NCBI GenBank assembly: GCA_001949185.1
Contig: BDGG01000001.1
Coordinates: 3,613,324-3,677,323, forward strand
From: Ramazzottius varieornatus
Lineage: Eukaryota > Animalia > Tardigrada
Direction: 5' to 3'
DNA length: 64,000 bases
Each line of letters starts with the position of its first letter. Position 1 is the first letter of the stretch. Made by a program: the position numbers and the translations under genes. The notes under the pieces are model-generated. The model made no database searches, was not told the DNA's origin, and worked only from the letters and a program-made list of their open reading frames with translations. Shown one piece after another: positions 50,220-62,543 of the stretch.

Positions 50220-51459
50220 ATGGGGCTCAAGAAGCTGAAGTTAGTCAGCCTATTGGACAACCTAATTCAGCGATTATGGCAATGCCGAAACGATGATCAT
50301 GTAGTGCGAATCACTAACTTTACGTACCAGGAAGCTCAGATACTTTGCAATGCCGCCATCGGAGTGCTAAAATCTCAGCCCATGTTGTTACGGCTAAAAG
50401 CCCCGGTCGTCATAGCCGGAGATGTCCATGGACAGTTCAACGATGTCTTGAGGATGTTTGAAGAGAACGGTAGACCAGAAAAAGGACAAAGATATTTATT
50501 TCTGGGTGATTACGTCGACAGAGGACCTCAAAGTGTCGAATGCATGTGTCTGCTTCTTGCATATAAAATCAAGTACCCTCATGATTTCTACTTAATTCGA
50601 GGGAATCACGAAGAGCGACAGTTGAATTCACTTTATGGTTTTCTGGAGGAATGTCAAGCCCACCATTCGCTGAAGCTATGGGATATGCTGAATCGAGTAA
50701 CGTAAAAACCTGCACTGATAAAATAATTATTACTGGTTATTGTACCCACCTTACGTGCACCTGCATACAGCGAACCGCGTGCACATCGCGATGCGCGGGT
50801 ATGCTGGTAGACGCTACCCGGTGACGTTACTTTCTATCTTTGTCCATCTAATGATTCTAATTCCGACGGGCGACGGCCGACGGACTTTCAAATGAACTGA
50901 GTTGTATTCGCAGGTGTTTGACTATCTGCCTATGGGAGGCGTTGTTTCAAACAAGGTATTTTGTGCTCATGGCGGTATCGGACCGAACCTTGACAATCTT
51001 TCGCAGATAGACGCGATACGGCGACCCAACAAGGGGACGGCGGGAAAAGGCGTCGCATGTGATCTGATGTGGGCCGATCCAGATCCCAACACCAGTGTTT
51101 GGAGAAGGAACGAAGCACGGAATGTATCCTACATGTATGGGAAGAACCAAGTGCACGACTTTCTCCTAAAGAATAACCTGAAGTTCATCTGTCGAGCTCA
51201 CGAACAACCGGACAGCGAAGGATACGCCTACCCGTTCTATCCGGATACCACCGTTCTGACGATCTTTTCGGCACCCGGATATGAAAACTCTGGGTCCGAT
51301 GGCGCTGTAGTTCATCTTGATGCAGAGTGCGTACCTACAATCAAGACGTTGCAGTACATCAAAACGCAAAGCCGTGAAGCTCCGCATAAAGGAAACCAAC
51401 CGAGGTCCAGTGCTTCGCGGAAAAGAGAGCTGGAGGTGGATCACGATCATGAGAGTTGA
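50220..51459 (+). CDS. PP1-like Ser/Thr phosphatase catalytic subunit, divergent
   Basis: GDVHG, GDYVDRG, RGNHE, HGG, WADP, RAHE, SAPGY; one intron ~50697-50913. Confidence 0.92.
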
Positions 51460-52089
51460 ACCCTAGCCTACGAAATAACCCAGTGCCTGTTGGCCTCCGA
51501 TCACTTTGATCGTACTTTGTTCCTCTATTAATGCAAACTCTTTTACCGAAGTTTTTTCAGTCTCCCAGCTAAAATGAGTGTAAGCCGGTGAGAACTAAAA
51601 CTAGAGGACTAAACTGCCCACTTCGTAACAAAGCAGAACGGACGCGAGAAAGCTTTGAGTGCATAGTCTTTACGGCAGAATACGTTACAAGGTCCGTTAT
51701 AGAGCAGCTAACCTACCGTAGTTCGTCGCATGTGAATTGTGAATCTGATCTTACCATGAACTCGAGCATGATCAGGCAGTTCCACAGGTATACTGTACCT
51801 CGAAGATAGGGAGATCAAGTCAAGATCTGGTTTTTTAACGCAGCATCAACCAGAAATACTTATTCCTATTGGCGCTACAGTTTTCTTCCCATTTCTTAAC
51901 TCCTAAGTCTTCCAAGCTGGCTCGATCTGCTTCCAAACCCGGATTCTCCTGCGTGTGAAACCTGGACTGTGCAAATTCAACCCTATGCACGACCGAGTCA
52001 ACGTTGGGAAGACGGAAGCAAGTTTGAATGTTGGCACGAGCCCGAGAGTATCTTGACACCGTTTTTCCTCTTCACTGTACGCAGAAATT

Positions 52090-54075
52090 ATGAGTTTGAA
52101 TCCTGCTGTCCCTGATGCGGAGAAAACATCGTCGAAAGATCTGTTGGACCTAAAGACGGTGATCAACCATCTTGGGGCGTTAAAGTCCACATCGCCGACT
52201 AACCTCGAGCGCGTCTGTCAGGAAATCTGCACTCCTTCGTCTGTTAGCTCACTGCAGCACCATCTTGATGCATCCTTTCTGCTAGACACCGATGTGGTTA
52301 CTCTGATAGCTGAACTGAGTAAGTCGGGCTACGGACGACAGTCACTTGGGTTTCTTCTTCCATCCCTTGTCATTCTAGTAAAGAATTCCGAGTTCGCGCC
52401 GAAGACTATCCGTCAGATTTACCGAGCCATTGGTAATCTATGCTACGAGAACGACGCCGCGAGACAACTCGTCCTGGATAATGGAGGAATTCCTGTTCTG
52501 CTTGACACCCTTCGTACGATCTTACAGGACCATAGTATTCCTGAGCGGGACCTGATGGTGAATACCGCGGTGGGTTGCGTGAATAATGTGAGCAACGACC
52601 ACGATGTCTGTCAAGAAGCCTTACTAAATTCTGGTTATTTGAATGTCCTGGCCGATATCCTCTCCGACGAGAGCCTTCCTTCGTGCCACCGTTCAGCAGT
52701 GGAGCAGTTAAACGTGCTGGCAGATACTTCGATGGAAACACGCCAGCAGATCGCGCATCTACCTGTTGCTTCCGGTCTCGTTTCCTTTCTAAAGACTGGT
52801 GATTCGGAAGATTACCTCGAAGATATCGTTGACCTTCTTTCTACCATGCTGATTTCCGACAACGCTGTTGGAGAACTAACGAAAAGAGATTGTCTGGAGA
52901 TTTTGGTGGGTGTCATTGAAAAGGAAAGCACGATGGAAAGTGTTCTTGCCTCTGCGGGTAATATTCTGGTGGAGTTGACTGCAAGAGAAAGCTTGCAAGA
53001 TGGACCTGACAGTGAATTTTTGGTCGCGGAAGCGTCCCTGTGGTTAGCTGGCATCAAAGACAAGGCCTGGCTCAGGACGGTCGCGGCTCTTGTCATCGGG
53101 AATTTGTCGAGAAGTGAAGCGGCATGCCAGAGAAACTATGGACTCAAGCCTGACGGTAAACGGACCATTCCGGAAGTTCTTCTGTGTATCCTTGGTGAGA
53201 CAGTAAACTCTCCTTCTGCTTCGAAATCCAGCTGCGGTAAGCACGAAATCCTCACCCTTTTTTTGAATCAGCAAAGTTTTTTTATGGGTATTTTTGTTAT
53301 GGGACTCTGTTTTGCAGGAAATGACCAACCGGAAGTTGATCCAGTTCTGCAGCTTCAGTACGCGCTGCTGTCGGCTGTTAAGAATCTATGTACACCGGAG
53401 CAAGTTCGACGAATGGTTCTACCCTATGCAGTTTTTCCTCTTGTCAAGGTGATGGATAGCTTCGATCAACGGGATATCAGCAAGCACGAAGTTCCTGTTG
53501 TCGCGAAACTTCTCGCCTTGACTCGTATGTTTATCAGTACCGCACCAGCTTCAGATCAGAGCCCTACGCCGCGTTCGTTCGATGATGGACAGTTGGCTAA
53601 GTTTAGTTTCAAATATGGCACTACTTCCGGTCTGGTGGAAGAACCGCTGAAACTATTGTGCGCGATGGTCAAGAGTGCAGAGAGCCGGTACCGTTTGGTC
53701 GAAACATTGGTTAATGCCGGATTGATTTCTTTTGTAAACCACTTGTTGATTAGTGATCTGCAGAGCAGAGTTGGCGCCATAGTATTCTTGTCGATGCTGC
53801 TGGAGAAGGACAACGTTGCATCATTGCTCAAACGAGAACTGCTGGAATCCGACTTCTTCAAAAACCTGCTAGAAACTGCTGTGATGCCTTTGCTGAAGCC
53901 CGACGTGCAGAGGATAATCTTATTGCTTCTCCAGAAGCTAGCAGCGGACCAAGACCTCAAGGCAAGGATAAAAGAAATCGATTTGAGTTTCTTGTTAGAC
54001 TCGTGTCGGGAGTATTCGTCAAACCCGGAAATGTGCTCGTTAGTCGAAGAACTTACACTTGAGTTAGAGTCTTGA
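52090..54075 (+). CDS. RAP1GDS1: Rap1 GTPase-GDP dissociation stimulator 1 (SmgGDS/vimar), ARM repeats
   Basis: IAELSK, QIYRAIGNLCYENDAARQLV, ALVIGNLSRSEAAC, LQYALLSAVKNL, PVVAKLL. Probable 81-nt intron 53237-53317. Confidence 0.85.
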   Translation: MSLNPAVPDAEKTSSKDLLDLKTVINHLGALKSTSPTNLERVCQEICTPSSVSSLQHHLDASFLLDTDVVTLIAELSKSGYGRQSLGFLLPSLVILVKNSEFAPKTIRQIYRAIGNLCYENDAARQLVLDNGGIPVLLDTLRTILQDHSIPERDLMVNTAVGCVNNVSNDHDVCQEALLNSGYLNVLADILSDESLPSCHRSAVEQLNVLADTSMETRQQIAHLPVASGLVSFLKTGDSEDYLEDIVDLLSTMLISDNAVGELTKRDCLEILVGVIEKESTMESVLASAGNILVELTARESLQDGPDSEFLVAEASLWLAGIKDKAWLRTVAALVIGNLSRSEAACQRNYGLKPDGKRTIPEVLLCILGETVNSPSASKSSCGKHEILTLFLNQQSFFMGIFVMGLCFAGNDQPEVDPVLQLQYALLSAVKNLCTPEQVRRMVLPYAVFPLVKVMDSFDQRDISKHEVPVVAKLLALTRMFISTAPASDQSPTPRSFDDGQLAKFSFKYGTTSGLVEEPLKLLCAMVKSAESRYRLVETLVNAGLISFVNHLLISDLQSRVGAIVFLSMLLEKDNVASLLKRELLESDFFKNLLETAVMPLLKPDVQRIILLLLQKLAADQDLKARIKEIDLSFLLDSCREYSSNPEMCSLVEELTLELES

Positions 54076-54187
54076 GAGGCCTTCCACAAAATTTCTGTGA
54101 TGAACGTTATCGATTTTTTATCGTTTCGGTAGTTTCTGGACGTTCTGTACAGTACAGTTATTCAACACAATGGGTATCACAGACAAA

Positions 54188-55509
54188 CTAGAACTTGTAG
54201 TCTGTCGTCTCTTCCGCCTTGATGTTATTCCAGTTGGGTTCTTTCGGACAGATGAGGCTCAGAAACTCACATCGCTTCTTCAGTATTTCAATCGCTTGAC
54301 ACACCAACACAGCTGACTGCAGAGCGCCAACCGATTCTACAGTAAACTCAAACTCGTTTTCACGGAAAGCTATCTGCATACAGTCAGACAGTGTAGGATC
54401 CTTCAGTACACCACGACTTCCGGTATACAATCGAGAATCACGAATCACAGCTTTCTCCTGTCCTAAAAATTCAAAAACCAGTCTAGCGAAGTACGACACT
54501 TTGATTGCCAAAATCCAATTCCACGTACCTGCAGTATCTCTTTCCAGAGCGATTAAATCCTTGGGCGTTAAACTTTGGAGACGTCTTGCTTCTTCGTCGT
54601 AAACATTTCGGAGGAGGCGTAGTTCGGGCTTCGGTCGGAACATTGCGGTGGAGACAGGAGAGAACTTGGCGTGGTCCTTCCCAACGCCTTTCACCACATG
54701 AAGCTTGAGCAGCAGTTCCTGTTGAGGGAGAAGAGTGGCAATGAGGATGTTTTCGCTAATTGGTCGGACATTTCGCTTCTCGTCATCGGGCTTCATCGCA
54801 GGGTGGGGAATCTGGAAAACGACTGCATGAAACAACCTTTTGATGAGGTGTACTGTACCCGTACAGTACGCAATAAGGCTTTATATTAGATGACATTGTA
54901 TTCTTAGTTCTCACCAATTTCAGGTGGGACGAGTAGACGTTCACGTTCGGTGGCTTAGCGTCTTTTCGGGCGTTCCTCAACGCTGACGATGTTTTTGTGG
55001 CAGGTATGGAGAGGTCGAAGATCAATGTGGACTCGGGATGTTCAACGGTAGCTCTAGGCAGACGGAATTTGAACTTCCTCGGGTCAGCGCGGAAGGGGAT
55101 CAAACCTAGGCGACTTCCGATATGATCATCGGTGAAAACCGACGTGTTTTGGTACATCAAGACAGTCTCAGCAGCCATCGAAGGAACCTAGAAGACAATG
55201 TACGCCATTAGACCGTCAATTCGTAAAGAATGAGATACGTGCGTAAGTGCATTAACTCACATCACAGAGCAAACTTCTTCGAATGGAATTAGCGATGCAT
55301 GGCTCGACTCCAGTGAGATCAAACTGCAGCACCATCCCGTCTTCGCTGATTTCTCTCACGTTCACCCCGGACGACTCTGTCAGCGTGAAGAATCCCATCA
55401 GGCTAGGTAACTCTTGAGCATTGTTGGATGTGAACAGCGCCGGTTGATGCCGAGTGAGAATACAGCTGAGTCCCGATTGCACAGGTGGATACGTGGTCTG
55501 TGCGGCCAT
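54188..55509 (-). CDS. POLR1C: RNA polymerase I/III subunit RPAC1 (RPC40), divergent
   Basis: FDLTGVEPCIANSIRRSLLCD|VPSMAAE, NTSV, RLGLIP, ADPRKF, ILIATL, GVGKDHAKFSPV, FTVESVGAL. Confidence 0.9.
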
Positions 55510-55860
55510 GCCGAATCTTTTGCACGACTCTCAAACGGTTTCTCGTTCTCCCGCGCGTCTGCACTTTCCACTAACAGTTGACTCCAAACGGCGAACTAAG
55601 ACTGGAACACGAATAGATCCAGGAATCAGGAGAGCAAAGACTGCAAGGTTGTTCTGACTTCCGGTCACTCAAACGAATCAAGCGACACTTTGCACTGTTT
55701 GCACTTTCAACTGCGAATGCATATACGAGTTTAATCATTGAATCAATTCGGTCCATTCTGTCGCGCCCCCAACAAAAACATCGCAATCCGCTATTGTAGC
55801 GAACGTGACCGGAAGTGCAGATTTTCCCCATCCTCTACGCTTCTTCCATCTTCTGAGAAG
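55510..55860. promoter_or_regulatory. Bidirectional promoter between POLR1C and RUBCN
   Basis: Start codons are ~350 bp apart head-to-head; two opposed ETS-type motifs, acttccgg (~55657) and ccggaagt (~55809). Confidence 0.5.
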
Positions 55861-58622
55861 ATGGCTGATTCTGCGAAGGACGATCACGATTTGCAGACCA
55901 TTCTGGCTCTGTACGACTCGTAAGTGCAGTCTTCTGTTTCCGATGAGCATGTCCCTGTAAAGAAGACCCCTTGTAAAGAAGCATGTCCCTGTAAAGAAGC
56001 ATACATTTATAGCTGTGTGTTCGTATAGGAGCGACCTGTTGACGAAGCTTGAAGATGCAGCAAGAGTTCTGAGCGAGATGGTTCCCTCCGGTCTTGTGGA
56101 ACGGGAGGATGTTCTTGATGATGCACTAGCCGTCGTGTGTTCGGATCTGACGCAGATCTTGCAGCTTGGAATCAAAGACCGATCGGTTTGTTCGTATCCG
56201 TAGTTAGTTAATCATTTCAGGTAATTGTCCACATGTCATAACAATGGATAATGGTTACTGTGTTCTCTGTTGTCTGTTGCAGTTATCTAAGCTCATGGGC
56301 TACATGGAGGAATTGATCAGCCAATCTACGGGAAAGCCCGTGAACTTTCAGCCGGAAGCGCGACAGGATAGCATCGCGTCTAGTCGCGAGAAACTTTTCG
56401 ACTTGGTTGTCTCCCTCCTGCGAAGTGCGCACTCGAGACAGCGCTTTTTGGCCACCGTCGACGACAGTCACAGTACGCTAATGGACCTGTACGAATCATT
56501 CGCTCCGCTGCGCAGTGAGGGTGATCGTCTTCGGATTCTCAAGGCTCTGCAGTTGCTGCCGCATGTTGACGAACCTTCTCCAACTGAATCTCTATCTGAA
56601 CTGCCCTCGAACAACGGGACTCCGCCTTCAGTTTCAAACGGTCGGAACTGCGACAATGACCCCTGTATCGAAGCCGCGGCGGAGTGTCCACCTGAAAGTC
56701 CGAAACTTCCACGAAGTACCACAAATATACTATTCATTGTGTCATGTTTCCTGATGAATTTTTCTTGTTTGTTATAGCCCCGACAGCTCGTCCGCTGATC
56801 GCCAAAGCGCACGCTCGTTCTCGATCCGATGTGGATTACTTTCCCTCTTCTAGTCGGCCAGCCACCTCGCGAAAACCGAATGGAGTAACAAATCACCATC
56901 GTCGTTTGAGCACAGCTTCGTCATTGCCCGATTCGCGTTCCGTGGAGTCGGTTTCTATTTTCTCCTCCTCTTACTTTAGTCCACCGCGGAAAGGACAGTC
57001 GCTCATTGGATACCTGAAGTCCCAAGACACCGTAACATGTGCGGACTTGGAAAGAGAGAACGCCCACTTCTTCATTTCGGAAGCAATCATTGCTGCTGTC
57101 CAGTGCGTCCAATACGAACAACGCCATGGATGTAGCCGAGTCTACGATGAGACTGCAAACTATACCGGCTCCGACGAACCAGTCCCAAATGCGCCGAACT
57201 CTTTCGCGGACATTCTTCCAGATGTTCCACTACAGTCAGTGTCAGATGAGAGTGTCTCCGTGACGCCAGAACCATCAGCTTGTACAGACGGTGAAGCTTA
57301 TCGCAGCTAAACGATACCTTTATCGTCGCTCACCTCTGCTCTTTTGTAGGTGGAGAGTGGAGGCTGCAAGACGTTGAGCATTCGTCGAACAGTGCGGAAG
57401 CAATAGCAATCTCGTTGCTAAAGCACTTTAGCGCAAGCCAGTTGCCGAAAGCATCAGACCTCGACTGGATCATTTCCGAATTTGAGACTCCACAGGGCCT
57501 TCTCTCATTGTCCAGAGGAGTGCCAGCGGAACGTGATTTGGCAGAGGCCGACAACTGTCGGCTCCGAGGAACCTTAGAATGGGCTCCTTTGCGTCCGCAG
57601 GTAACGACCGATAAGACATGCTATATACTTTTTTGTTTCTGATTCGTTTTCCTTACTCGGTGGTTTCCCTTGCAGGTTATTTACCATATTCAGACACCTG
57701 TTGCCCTAAACACCGCAATGGCGCAGCAAAAGAACCGTTGCGCAGGATGTGGTGGAAAGAAGGACGTTTACAATCAGTCCAAGATGCGGTACTGTGATTA
57801 CACCGGAAAGTACTTCTGTGTGCTGTGTCATGAGTACAAACAAGCCATCATCCCAGCTCGTGTGCTGCTGAAATGGGATTTTTCAAAGCACTACGTTAGT
57901 AACTTTGCCGCAGACTTCTTGGCAAAGATCTATCGCGACCCACTGTTCGATGTCAGCCATTGCAGGTAGCTATAACGGCATACTTGCAGACCTCAACATC
58001 TCAAACTTCATCGTCTTACGAAGAACTTCTGTTTAGTCTGGACTTGTATAAGCGCAGTCGAATTCTGGAGCAGACAAGGCTTTACCGAACACAGCTGGTT
58101 TTAGCTACAGAATATGTCCGAAGTTGTCGGGTAGCTACAAGGTGACGCCGGCATTCGTCTTCCGTTTCTAGCGTGGGCAAGGCAGTATATAAGTGTTTGA
58201 GAAATTTCTTTGTTTCAGTGCAATGGCTGAGATCGAGCAGCTGCCGAGGTTCGTGTGGGAGCAGATCCACACGTACTCACTGGACCTGTTCTGCAGTGTC
58301 CGCGATGGAGTCTTCCCGGCATTCATTCGCCCTGTTGCCGAACTTGCCATGCAGCATGTCTTGACATGTGCGGTGAGGAACTTTCGCTTATTTCCAGCTC
58401 CCAATAATTGGCATTAATCAATGGTTTCAGTTTTGCTCTGCGAAAGGACACATCTGCGAGATATGCAGATCGACCACACTGTTGTTTCCCTTCCAGCTGT
58501 CCGCGGTCTTTCAGTGTCCCCAGTGCTTTTCCTGCTGCCACCTGCAGTGCGTCAAGAACAAACCTTGCCCGAAGTGTACCCGATTGCTGGCTAGAAAGAC
58601 GGAGATGTCCCACGAGTCTTGA
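55861..58622 (+). CDS. RUBCN: Rubicon (RUN and Cys-rich Beclin-1-interacting protein)
   Basis: LERENAHFFISEAIIAA, SAEAIAISLL..F...LPKASDLDW, RGTLEWAPLRPQ, RH domain (CAGCG...CDYTGKYFC..CH, IPARVLLKWDF, KGHICEIC, CPKC). Confidence 0.93.
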
Positions 58623-59314
58623 AACTCGAATTACTCACTTTTCCAAGTAGAAGTCCATAGCTCGTTTCTCCTGTGAATATTTCTGTGATCTCGAGATTGA
58701 AAATTATTTTTCTTCAACTACGAGAATCTCGTCCTGCCACCATGAGACAACTACATATATTTTTCTAGCACATTTTAACGTTTTAGTAGAATTGTTTTAT
58801 TGATTTCTGAGCAAATGACATCCCACATTTTCGCCACTCAGACTGTTGTGTGCGTTGCGAGGCCCATAGAGTGTGGCAGGTACGTGGATGGGGATGGATT
58901 GTTACGGAGATGGACAATGAAGTGTATGCTGTGCACCGATGGCATGACTTGCAAGTTCGCTGCAGTCTTGGGTCTTCAACCAGGGTCTCGCGGACTGCTG
59001 TCAAGGCCCGAAACCAGAAAGAGGAAAGCGAACATTTCAATGTCAATAACAGGATTTGTATGGTGCGTCATGACTCATGAGTTTTCTAAATGCGCCTTAT
59101 CGACCCATCACTTACAGATTACCGGTCGAGCTTTCGTCTTTCTGCAAGCCAGGCAGAACGACTCGGGAAACAGCAGTAGCTTTTCTTTCCAGTTATAGTT
59201 TACTCACTTTACTACAAAGAACACAGCTTGCACGCTTCTCGCTCTCCACTTGCAGTATTGCACTCCGAAGTATTCCGGATCGGACAAACAGGAAGTCGTA
59301 CGAAATCTGCAACC

Positions 59315-61290
59315 ATGACTGGTGGACAGACTGCGGCAGCATTGGTAAGCGCAGTTTAGAGCTTTCTCTCATCTTGCCTACACGGGTTTTTCGTGTAGTG
59401 TAGGTTACGGGAGCCAACAAAGGCATCGGGTTGGAAATAGTGCGCCAGTTGAGCGAAAAGTTTTCCGGAACAGTGTATCTGACAGGTGCAATCAACCTTT
59501 GGAATGATCTTCTTTGTAATATAGTCGTCTCTATACTCACTTCTTTATTTTGTTCCAGCTCGCGATGAGCACCGTGGGCAAGAAGCAGCCAAATATTTGC
59601 AGCATGACGGTCGAAAGAATGTGCAGTTCCTCAGGATGGACGTGACAGACAAGAAAAGCATCGAAACGGCGCGCGACTTCATCAAGAAGAGCCATGGTGG
59701 ACTAGATGTGCTGATCAACAATGCTGGGATATTCGTTGTAAGTGTGATCAAAATAATGGTCAAGTCTGTTTCTTCCGTTTAATGACCTACGATCAATGTT
59801 CTGTACCAAGTCCATTCTGCAGAAAACCGAAGGTTCCATGCAGGACATGATGCAGCGTCCGCCCACTCCAGAGGCTCTTGCTGATACCATCGCTACGAAC
59901 TTTACTGGACTGCTTGACGTCTGCAAGGTCATGTTCCCCATTCTACGTCCTCATGCCAGGTGAGACCTTTTTACAGGAACTTCATACGTCCTTTCTGCCG
60001 TACAGGGTGGCAGTGTCGCGTAGCTCATATATTTGCACACTTTGTGGTATGGTACTTCCTTGTAGGGTCGTTAATGTGTCCAGCTCTCTTGGCACTCTTG
60101 CCCGTATGAAGAGCCCGGAGCTCACGCACAAATTGACTGCCGAAACGCTGACCGTGGACGAGCTTGAAAAAATTCTAGCTGACTACGTTAAGTAAGACTT
60201 AGCGACTTGACATCTTTCTGTTCAGACCTGTTTCGCAAGTCATGTTTCGGCTCTGAATAGAATAAAATCTCATGATTTTATACTATGAGATTTTATACTG
60301 TGTCAGTTTCTGTGCAGAAACCGTTTCGCGGTTTGCTCACTTCCGGCACAGAATATTAGCATAAGGGGATATTAGGCCGCGCGAGTTCAGCAGGGCATCG
60401 GAATTCGCGGGTCCTGTCATTTAGCCCTCTACTGGATAAAGCCCGGACTTCTTTCGCTTTTTCTGGCGATAGTTTCGGGAAGACAATTCTCTTCCTAACT
60501 TCAATGCTAGTTTTGGTCGAAAACATGATGGATTTCGAGAAGGAACGAGAGCGCAAGTCGAGTGGCGCAATGCGGGAGAGGCGTGTAGCTCGGATCACTT
60601 GACGCGCCAAGTCCAATTCGCTGATTGGTCTGATCACGCTCCACTCCACCAAAATTTCAAATTTCGACCAAAGTGGTCAATAGTACAATCAACTCAACTT
60701 GCACAGAATTTGAAATCCTGTGCAGCGATATTAGGCAAAACATAAGCCGTGGATAACTGCACAGCATAAAACCTATACTTATGCTGGGCAAGCCGAAAAC
60801 ATGACTGCGAAACAGGTCCACTGTAACATTGAGGTCTTTAATTTTGTACTGAAAACTGTTCCGGAGTTCCAGGTCTGGACTGGATGAAAAGTCGGGATAC
60901 CCTGTTGGAGGGTTTGGTCCTTACGCCATGTCCAAGATTGGAGTGACAGCCTTGACTCGCGTTTTGCAGCGGGACCTGGCCGAAGACCAGTCGCGACCCG
61001 ACATGGTCATTAACGCGGTACGGACTTGTTCCTTAGTCAGTTCGAGGTCGTCGACAGGGTAACCAAGCTAGGTCATAATAAGCCATCGTGTGTTCTTCCA
61101 GTGTTGTCCCGGCTATGTCGCCACAGATCTCAACAACAATATGGGCCACCTGACCGTGAAACAGGGAGCTGATACACCGGTCTATCTCGCTACGCTGAAA
61201 GATGGAGACATTCCGAGAGGACAGTTTGTGAAACAACGGAAAGTGCTGAACTGGGTGGAAAGCGAGGGTGATTTGAAGGCGACCATGTGA
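59315..61290 (+). CDS. CBR1: Carbonyl reductase (NADPH), SDR family
   Basis: VTGANKGIG, GGLDVLINNAGI, RVVNVSS, catalytic YAMSK, CCPGYVATDL, GADTPVYLA. Confidence 0.92.
60225..60823. mobile_element. TIR element (mariner-like) in CBR intron
   Basis: gacctgtttcgcaagtcatgtttcggct / agccgaaaacatgactgcgaaacaggtccactg|TA. Confidence 0.7.
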
Positions 61291-61860
61291 GGATTTGAAA
61301 TGCAAATAAAGGCCGATCCTACTCAGAAACGTATTCGTTTCCACCGCGGGCACCCACCTCATGTCCTGTGGCGAAGTATTAAATTTTTAATAGACCATTC
61401 CCGCAAAGTGCACTTGCAACATGTTTTTGGAGTCTGTTTATGTTCGTCCACAATGCAAATTTAAATTCGGGTCTCCTGTTAGACGCTCACGAACGTTCAG
61501 AATTCGTTTTGAGCACAAAAAGTTTATTGAATGGAAAGAAAGGTTTGCGGTTATTCGCTGTACAATGAGCCAATGACGCATCAGTTTTCTGTCACGCCTA
61601 AATTATCGACCCATCTTACTGTCGCCGTTCGCTAATAAGTGATAAAATTTGTGCATCATATGATCTTGAGTATTGACCACACGCACCAGGGGCGCGTTGA
61701 TCCATAAGGCTGACGAGGCTCAGCCTGTCCCAAAGTCCAAATTCTCAGCCTCGACAGGCTGGGAAAATAGCTGGGAAAATGGAAGCAAAAGTAGCAGCCT
61801 CTGGCTGACCGAAAATTTTTTTTACCTGTTAGCCATTCTGACCGGTTTTTGAACGTAACT

Positions 61861-62033
61861 ACCAGTACACGCGCCTACTTCTGGGCATGAACACAACTGT
61901 GGGCCACGGAGCGAAAGCGGCGCTGCTCCGATTGATTTAATGGATTGGTCAACCCCGGCTGACCCGTGCCGTCTTCGTTCCGTGGCCCACAGTTTTGTCC
62001 ATGCTCACATTTGGGCCACGCGCGTGTACAGTA
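61861..62033. mobile_element. Short TA-flanked MITE
   Basis: gtacacgcgc...catgaacacaactgtgggccacgga / tccgtggcccacagttttgtccatg...gcgcgtgtac. Confidence 0.7.
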
Positions 62034-62543
62034 TGAAGTGGACTGTTAACTTTAATCTCGTGAAGGATAACTATACAAAAACTTCGCTGAAATGTTAAGA
62101 CAGGCACGCAGTGAAGTCTGCAAATAATGCGCGGAAAATGCGGCGTTGCTCAAGTGTGGAGTATCTGGATGGAATATGGACAAAAAAATCATAATCTGAA
62201 CAAATGACTATACTACTATGCTTTAGATCGAAAGTTAGCGTTATTAGTCACGTCGACAACCTCCAGTTCGACAGTTTGACATGTATAACGAACCTGGGAC
62301 TTATAAAATTCGCATAATGCTCACGATTAAGAATGATTCGTCGATTACAAATCTCCGACGGGCGAAATTAAAAGAAGGACCGGATGCTTCAGTGCGATTA
62401 AACTGTGCCTCACGGATTCACAACTTATTACGGTTGTTAATTATGTGCGTATCAAATAGGCTTCTGGTATACATAAAGGGAGGACAAAATATTTTGCAAT
62501 ATTCTGTGGCGTGGTTCTGTCAAGGTACATTAGCTGCCTAAAC

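Noticed and set aside
55946-56003. Short tandem repeat gcatgtccctgtaaagaa (CRISPR-like at a glance)
   Set aside because: About three units with no unique spacers, inside a eukaryotic intron; no cas genes.
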